Assembly: GCA_963676175.2 (NCBI GenBank)
Contig: CAXXWV010000003.1
Span: 9,239-73,238 of the forward strand
Reading direction: 5' to 3'
Origin: Bacteroidales bacterium
GTDB lineage: Bacteria > Bacteroidota > Bacteroidia > Bacteroidales > VadinHA17
DNA length: 64,000 nt
Shown here piece after piece: positions 58,893-64,000 of the stretch. The notes under the pieces are model-generated. The model made no database searches. It saw only the letters and a list, made by a program, of their open reading frames with translations, and was not told where the DNA came from. Numbering within the stretch: the stretch's first letter is position 1; every line of letters starts with the position of its first letter. The position numbers and the translations under genes were made by a program.

Positions 58893-59090
58893 CCCGCATT
58901 GTTTCTTCATTCATTTTTGGAACTCAACATTTAAAACTTTGGAGTAACCTTGGTTCAGGTAGGACAGGCCTCGACCCGATTCGTCGGGTTCCCGTTTATC
59001 GGGACAGTGGACGTTCAAACTGAATTAGTAGCTCCAACCATACAGATATGGGGTTTTATAAAAGCTGAAGGAACTTTGCGGGTTTTTTTT
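58893..59090 (+). ncRNA. Structured RNA candidate, 6S-RNA-like (alternatively an rny leader)
   Basis: The 5' end CCCGCA-TT-GTTTCTTCA pairs with the 3' end TGAAGGAAC-TT-TGCGGG (15 bp with a 2x2 internal loop). An inner TTGGAG/CTCCAA pairing and an internal ACCCGA-TTCG-TCGGGT hairpin are also present. A U-run lies at 59083-59090. The position is immediately downstream of zapA. Confidence 0.45.
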
Positions 59091-59112
59091 AATTATATAC
59101 CTTATTCGATTT

Positions 59113-60678
59113 ATGATGATATTTAATATAGTAACATTAAGCAATGGACTATTACTGGTCTTTTGCTTTTCTGCCATGGTGCTGGGCTTTGTTGGCTCAT
59201 ATCTGATATGGCAGTTTGCTCTCAGAAAGAAGAGCAAAAAGATAATAAGCGAAGCCGAAGCTGAAGCTGAGGTGCTTAGAAAAGAAAAAATTCTTCAGGC
59301 TAAAGAAAGATTTCTCCAACTGAAATCGGAACATGAGAAAGTAATTAATGAAAAAAACAACTGGATCGGCCAGGCCGAAAACAGGATCAAACAGAAAGAA
59401 CAATCCCTTTCACAGAAAATAGAAGAGGCGCAGCGTAAAAAAAATGAAGCTGAAGCTGTACGCGAAAACCTGACTACTCAGGTTGAAATGGTTGAAAAAA
59501 GATCTGATGAACTGGATAAGCTGCACAGACAACAGGTAGAACAGCTTGAAGCTATTTCAGGATTCTCAGCTGAAGAAGCAAAGAACCACCTTATCGAATC
59601 TCTTAAAGAAGAAGCCAAAACCGGCGCGATGTCGTATATTAACGAAATACTCGACGAAGCTAAAATGACGGCCAATAAAGAGGCTAAAAGAATTGTTATT
59701 CAGACTATCCAGCGAGTTGCTGCCGAAAATGCCATTGAAAACGCGGTTACTGTCTTCCACATCGAGTCGGATGAAATGAAAGGACGAATCATTGGGAGGG
59801 AAGGCAGAAATATCAGAGCCCTCGAAGCGGCTACCGGGGTCGAGATCATTGTCGATGATACACCTGAAGCAATTGTTCTTTCAGCTTTCGATCCTGTAAG
59901 GAGAGAAGTAGCCAGACTTGCTCTTCATCAGCTCGTTACAGATGGACGTATACATCCTGCCAGAATAGAGGAAATGGTTGAAAAAACCCGAAAACAGGTT
60001 GAAGAGGAGATACTTGAGGTAGGTAAACGCACTACTATCGACCTCGGAATCCATGGATTGCATCCCGAACTTATAAGACTGATCGGCAAAATGAAATACA
60101 GATCATCTTATGGTCAGAACCTTCTGATGCATTCACGGGAAGTGGCTAATCTGTGTTCAATAATGGCAGCTGAACTTGGGCTCAATCCAAAACTTGCAAA
60201 AAGAGCAGGACTGCTGCACGATATTGGCAAGGTTCCGGATGATGAACCGGAATTACCGCATGCTGTGCTCGGTATGAAAATGGCTGAAAAGTATAAGGAA
60301 AAACCTGAAATCTGTAACGCCATTGGTGCCCATCATGATGAAACAGAGATGACTACACTTATTGCGCCTATCGTTCAGGTCTGCGACGCAATATCAGGAG
60401 CCAGACCAGGGGCCCGTAGGGAGGTTGTGGAATCTTATATTAAGAGATTGAAAGAGCTGGAATCTCTCGCTCTTCAGTACCCGGGAGTTATGAAAACCTA
60501 TGCGATACAGGCTGGCAGAGAGCTCAGGGTCATTGTTGGTGCTGAAAAAGTGAACGATAAAGAGGCTGAAAACCTTTCATTCGAGATAGCCAGAAAGATT
60601 CAGAATGAAATGACTTATCCGGGGCAGATAAAGATTACCGTCATCAGGGAGACCAGAGCTGTTAACTATGCAAAATAA
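59113..60678 (+). CDS. rny: Ribonuclease Y
   Basis: 521 aa. N-terminal TM anchor, long coiled coil, KH domain ([15 protein letters not shown]) and HD domain (LLHDIGK). Confidence 0.95.
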   Translation: MMIFNIVTLSNGLLLVFCFSAMVLGFVGSYLIWQFALRKKSKKIISEAEAEAEVLRKEKILQAKERFLQLKSEHEKVINEKNNWIGQAENRIKQKEQSLSQKIEEAQRKKNEAEAVRENLTTQVEMVEKRSDELDKLHRQQVEQLEAISGFSAEEAKNHLIESLKEEAKTGAMSYINEILDEAKMTANKEAKRIVIQTIQRVAAENAIENAVTVFHIESDEMKGRIIGREGRNIRALEAATGVEIIVDDTPEAIVLSAFDPVRREVARLALHQLVTDGRIHPARIEEMVEKTRKQVEEEILEVGKRTTIDLGIHGLHPELIRLIGKMKYRSSYGQNLLMHSREVANLCSIMAAELGLNPKLAKRAGLLHDIGKVPDDEPELPHAVLGMKMAEKYKEKPEICNAIGAHHDETEMTTLIAPIVQVCDAISGARPGARREVVESYIKRLKELESLALQYPGVMKTYAIQAGRELRVIVGAEKVNDKEAENLSFEIARKIQNEMTYPGQIKITVIRETRAVNYAK

Positions 60679-60934
60679 TCTTTACCGTTCAGAGATATAA
60701 ACTGGTATTTCTTCAATCAGATGCTTTACCTTCAGACTATAGTCGGTTTATCTGTGTTTTGCAATCTGAGAATTTTTTCAGGCGATATTTAATGATGTCA
60801 AACCCGAAATTCTGTCTGATACATGGCATCTCTTGCATACGCGCTGATACCAATAACCTGGTGTCAGCAAAAAATGCCCTTATCCGAAGTAGCTATTATT
60901 TCATATCTTTAGTTCTGCCAAAAACTCTTTTTAG

Positions 60935-62095
60935 ATGCCTCCGATCAAACTCCTGAATCTGGTTGGCGCCAGACCGCAGATAATTAAAGCTTCAGCCGTC
61001 AGCAGGGCGATACAGAAAAACTTTCAGGACAGGATAACTGAGATTATAGTGCATACCGGTCAGCATTACGATAAAGAATTGTCCGGAGTGTTCTTTGATG
61101 AACTTGAGCTTCATAAGCCTCATTATAACCTTGGAGCCGGTTCTGCCGGTCATGGCAAACAGACGGCTATGATGATAACGGGAATTGAAGAGGTTCTCAT
61201 CAGAGAACGGCCCGACTGCGTGGTTATTTACGGTGATACTAATTCTACACTGGCCGGATCATTAGCAGCCTCTAAACTGCATTATCCGGTAATCCACATT
61301 GAGGCAGGGCTGAGGTCATTTAATAAAATGATGCCTGAAGAACTGAACCGCATTGTGAGCGATCATGCATCAACGCTGCTCTTCGCACCTACTAATACCG
61401 CTTTTAAAAACCTTATGAATGAGGGATTCCGGCCTGAGAACAGCCCTCCGTACAGTATCAATAACCCTAAGATTTATCTTACCGGTGATATAATGTACGA
61501 TAACAGCCTGTTCTTCGCAGAACTGGCGGAAAAGAAAAAACCGGATTTTCTCGGACAACTTGAAATGACAAGTGAGAACTTCATTCTCGTTACCATACAC
61601 AGAGATATTAACACTGACGATCCGGCCAGACTTCAGAATATTCTTGTAACTCTTAAAAACCTTGCCGAAGAACGTTCGGTAAAACTTTTAATGCCCCTTC
61701 ATCCGCGTACCATCATTTCTCTCAATGCCCGACATCCTTTGCTGTATACTGAGCTTAAAAATTCCGAATATGTTAAGATCATACCGCCGGTGTCGTATCT
61801 TGAGATGATACTTCTCGAGAAAAACTGCAGGATGGTGATTACCGACTCGGGAGGAGTACAAAAGGAATCGCATTTCTTCAAACGGCCTAGCATAGTGCTT
61901 AGAAGGGAGACTGAATGGATAGAACTGATCGGAAACGGAACCTCAGTCCTGGTTGATGCTGATCCCGATCATATAAGAAAGGAATTCATCAGACTGCTTG
62001 AAACGCACGCTCAACTTTCATATCCGAAATTCTATGGCGACGGGAAAGCTGCTGAGTTCATTCTTAATGAGATTTTACTTATGTTTGATAAATGA
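60935..62095 (+). CDS. wecB: UDP-N-acetylglucosamine 2-epimerase (non-hydrolysing)
   Basis: 386 aa. GARPQIIK, HTGQHYD, and DSGGVQKE near the C-terminus. Confidence 0.85.
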   Translation: MPPIKLLNLVGARPQIIKASAVSRAIQKNFQDRITEIIVHTGQHYDKELSGVFFDELELHKPHYNLGAGSAGHGKQTAMMITGIEEVLIRERPDCVVIYGDTNSTLAGSLAASKLHYPVIHIEAGLRSFNKMMPEELNRIVSDHASTLLFAPTNTAFKNLMNEGFRPENSPPYSINNPKIYLTGDIMYDNSLFFAELAEKKKPDFLGQLEMTSENFILVTIHRDINTDDPARLQNILVTLKNLAEERSVKLLMPLHPRTIISLNARHPLLYTELKNSEYVKIIPPVSYLEMILLEKNCRMVITDSGGVQKESHFFKRPSIVLRRETEWIELIGNGTSVLVDADPDHIRKEFIRLLETHAQLSYPKFYGDGKAAEFILNEILLMFDK

Positions 62096-62147
62096 TCGTA
62101 GAACAAAACAAATATTTAACTATTTTGGGTTCGTAATATTTTCAGAA

Positions 62148-63134
62148 ATGTACAGAACTTTACAAAACAGCAGGGTGCTGGTGACCGGTGGCGCAGGTTT
62201 CATCGGATCAAATTTGGTGGAATCACTCCTTACACATGGAAATCGTGTGACCTGCCTCGACAATTTTTCAACTGGTAAACGCGGGAATGTCAGACCTTTC
62301 CTTGAGAACAAAAATTTTACCCTGATTGAAGGAGATATCAGGAACATCAGTGATTGCCAGAAAGCTCTGGATGGTATTGATGTTGTATTTCATGAAGCGG
62401 CTCTAGGTTCCGTTCCAAGATCTATTAAGGATCCGATAACATCCACGGATGTAAATATCGGAGGCTTCGTTAAAATGTTATTCACAGCCAAGGAAAGCGG
62501 TGTTAAACGATTTATCTATGCCGCAAGTTCATCAACCTATGGTGATCATCCGGATCTGCCTAAGGTGGAAGATAAGATCGGAGCTCCGCTGTCTCCATAT
62601 GCCATAACCAAATATGTGGATGAGCTGTATGCCGCGAATTTCTACCGGACTTACGGGATTGATGTAATAGGCCTTCGTTATTTCAACGTTTTTGGCAGAC
62701 GGCAGGATCCGGATGGTGCTTATGCAGCAGTGATCCCGAAATTTGTCAAAATGATGATGAATCATGAAGTGCCTTTGATCAATGGTAACGGATCAGTATC
62801 AAGAGACTTTACTTATGTAGATAATGTTGTCCAGGCTAATCATCTTGCTGCAGTGACAGATAATCAAGAGGCTGTAAATCAGGTTTTCAATGTGGCTCAT
62901 GGTGAAAGGACAACGCTTAATCAGCTCTTCTTCTTTCTCCGGGATCTCGCTGGTAAATATGACAGCAGTATCCTTAATATTGAACCAGAATACGGCCCTG
63001 ACAGGGCTGGCGATATAAAACACTCGCTTGCCTCTGTGGAAAAGGCAAAACGGATACTCGGATATGCTCCGACATATAATGTTCTTCAGGGACTCGAAGA
63101 ATCGGTAAAATGGTTCTGGGATAACTTAAAATAA
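62148..63134 (+). CDS. NAD-dependent epimerase/dehydratase (extended SDR, WbpP/TviC-like)
   Basis: Trimmed to the Met at 62148 (MYRTLQNSRVLVTGGAGFIGSNL). The catalytic YxxxK is in YAITKYV. Confidence 0.85.
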   Translation: MYRTLQNSRVLVTGGAGFIGSNLVESLLTHGNRVTCLDNFSTGKRGNVRPFLENKNFTLIEGDIRNISDCQKALDGIDVVFHEAALGSVPRSIKDPITSTDVNIGGFVKMLFTAKESGVKRFIYAASSSTYGDHPDLPKVEDKIGAPLSPYAITKYVDELYAANFYRTYGIDVIGLRYFNVFGRRQDPDGAYAAVIPKFVKMMMNHEVPLINGNGSVSRDFTYVDNVVQANHLAAVTDNQEAVNQVFNVAHGERTTLNQLFFFLRDLAGKYDSSILNIEPEYGPDRAGDIKHSLASVEKAKRILGYAPTYNVLQGLEESVKWFWDNLK

Positions 63135-63148
63135 TTTCAATTCACGAT

Positions 63149-64000
63149 ATGAGCAATTCAAATAGGAAAAAAGTATTTGTCAGTGGTTGCTTCGACATAC
63201 TCCATTCCGGTCATATTGCATTCCTTCAGGAAGCATCAAATTTTGGAGATCTGTATGTAGGTCTGGGTTCGGATAAAACTATTTCTGAGCTTAAAGGACG
63301 TAAAACGGTTAATTCCGAGGAGGAACGGCTTTATATGCTAAAGGCGCTTGCATGCGTTCACGATGTAAAAATTAACCGAGGAAGCGGAATTCTCGATTTT
63401 CTGGACGATATGAATGATCTGAAACCCGATGTCTTCGTTGTGAATGAGGATGGTCATACGCCGGATAAGGAAAAATTATGCAATGATCTTGGCATAGAAT
63501 ACAGGGTTCTGAGAAGGATACCTCATGCCAATCTTCCGGTCAGGTCCACAACAACAATGCGAAAGGAGACTCCGATTCCTTACAGGATCGACCTTGCAGG
63601 AACCTGGATCGATCAGCCTTATGTCTCAAAATACCATCCCGGATGGGCTATCACAGCTTCAATTGAACCGACTATCGAATTCAATGAACGCTCTGGAATG
63701 GCCACCTCGACCAGGAAAAAGGCAATAGAGCTCTGGAATGCCCAGCTGCCCATGGAAAACCCCGAAAAACTCGCAAAGATACTTTTCAGGTATGATAACG
63801 ACCCTGGAACTAAAGATGTGAGCGGATCTCAGGATTCGATCGGGATCACTATCCCCGGGATAAACAGGTTCTACTATGAAAAAGAAAAATACTGGCCCGC
63901 GAAGATCGAATCTATTACCGATATCTCTGTAATTAAATGGCTTGAAAAGAGGATCTATATGGTTACTCTCTGGCCGAGACCAGCCGATTTTGTGGTTCTC
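63149..64000 (+). CDS. Cytidylyltransferase-family domain fused to a GHMP-kinase-like domain (3' end beyond the window)
   Basis: It is not in the ORF track because it has no stop in the window. My translation gives MSNSNRKKVFVSGCFDILHSGHIAFLQEA... (a CFDxxHxGH nucleotidyltransferase motif), then PYRIDLAGTWIDQPY and ERSGMATSTR, which resemble GHMP-type motifs. Confidence 0.65.
   Translation, partial: MSNSNRKKVFVSGCFDILHSGHIAFLQEASNFGDLYVGLGSDKTISELKGRKTVNSEEERLYMLKALACVHDVKINRGSGILDFLDDMNDLKPDVFVVNEDGHTPDKEKLCNDLGIEYRVLRRIPHANLPVRSTTTMRKETPIPYRIDLAGTWIDQPYVSKYHPGWAITASIEPTIEFNERSGMATSTRKKAIELWNAQLPMENPEKLAKILFRYDNDPGTKDVSGSQDSIGITIPGINRFYYEKEKYWPAKIESITDISVIKWLEKRIYMVTLWPRPADFVVL

Noticed and set aside
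60759-60956. 65-aa ORF upstream of wecB, and the long N-terminal extensions of ORFs 10391, 14778, 30175, 33403-34467, 36707-37351, 49299 and 61998
   Set aside because: In each case an internal ATG gives a canonical N-terminus (signal peptide, Rossmann motif or TM anchor). The upstream extension overlaps a neighbouring gene or is low complexity, so the starts were trimmed.
63525-63728. Listed 67-aa ORF
   Set aside because: It lies in a different frame inside the open cytidylyltransferase-fusion gene that runs to the window end.
1-64000. CRISPR arrays, rRNA genes, IS elements with terminal inverted repeats, retron/DGR reverse transcriptases, toxin-antitoxin pairs
   Set aside because: I scanned for regularly spaced repeats, transposase motifs (DDE) and RT motifs (YxDD) and found none. 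The only regular repeats are the short ones reported above.

Overview
The window looks like a chromosomal segment of a Bacteroidota-type genome. That placement is an inference from the protein families, the lipoprotein signal peptides and the Arm-type tyrosine integrase; no search was run.

Layout:
- 1-20 kb: carbohydrate-active and miscellaneous metabolic genes. These are a GH38 alpha-mannosidase (5' truncated by the window), a PfkB-kinase/HAD fusion, an AGE-family epimerase, GH2, an StsC-like DegT aminotransferase, a secreted nitrilase-superfamily enzyme next to a GH20-like enzyme, an alpha-oxoamine synthase and a RACo-like ASKHA/2Fe-2S protein.
- 20.3-27.7 kb, minus strand: a complete kdpF-(39-codon ORF)-kdpABC-kdpD potassium-uptake operon.
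- 27.8-49.2 kb: a mosaic accessory region anchored on tRNA-Arg(ACG), in three blocks.
  - A visibly GC-richer block holds an alpha/beta-hydrolase lipoprotein, an LTXXQ protein, a LytS-type kinase with a LytTR regulator, a frameshifted AraC gene and an SDR.
  - An AT-rich decaying block holds an internally duplicated 521-aa orphan protein, a broken DUF1801-like gene, a ToxR-like regulator, a beta-lactamase-family hydrolase, an S9-like remnant and a large serine recombinase broken in at least three places.
  - A 7.3-kb integrative element is bounded by an 18-bp perfect direct repeat of the tRNA-Arg 3' end. It carries a tyrosine integrase, an excisionase-type HTH, an HNH/AP2 protein and many small unknown ORFs.
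- 49.3-64 kb: core genes again. These are AsmA-like, rplS, a C69 dipeptidase, cutC, an M23 peptidase, zapA, a 6S-RNA-like structured element, rny, and the start of a polysaccharide locus (wecB, an epimerase, a cytidylyltransferase fusion).

No CRISPR array, rRNA or recognisable defence-system hallmark domain was seen.

The most promising leads:
- the tRNA-Arg element and its phased TTGTAGAA repeats;
- the 521-aa two-repeat orphan protein;
- the unusual kinase-HAD / unknown / AGE / GH2 / aminotransferase gene set;
- the 6S-like RNA.

All family assignments come from motif recognition by eye and need database confirmation.
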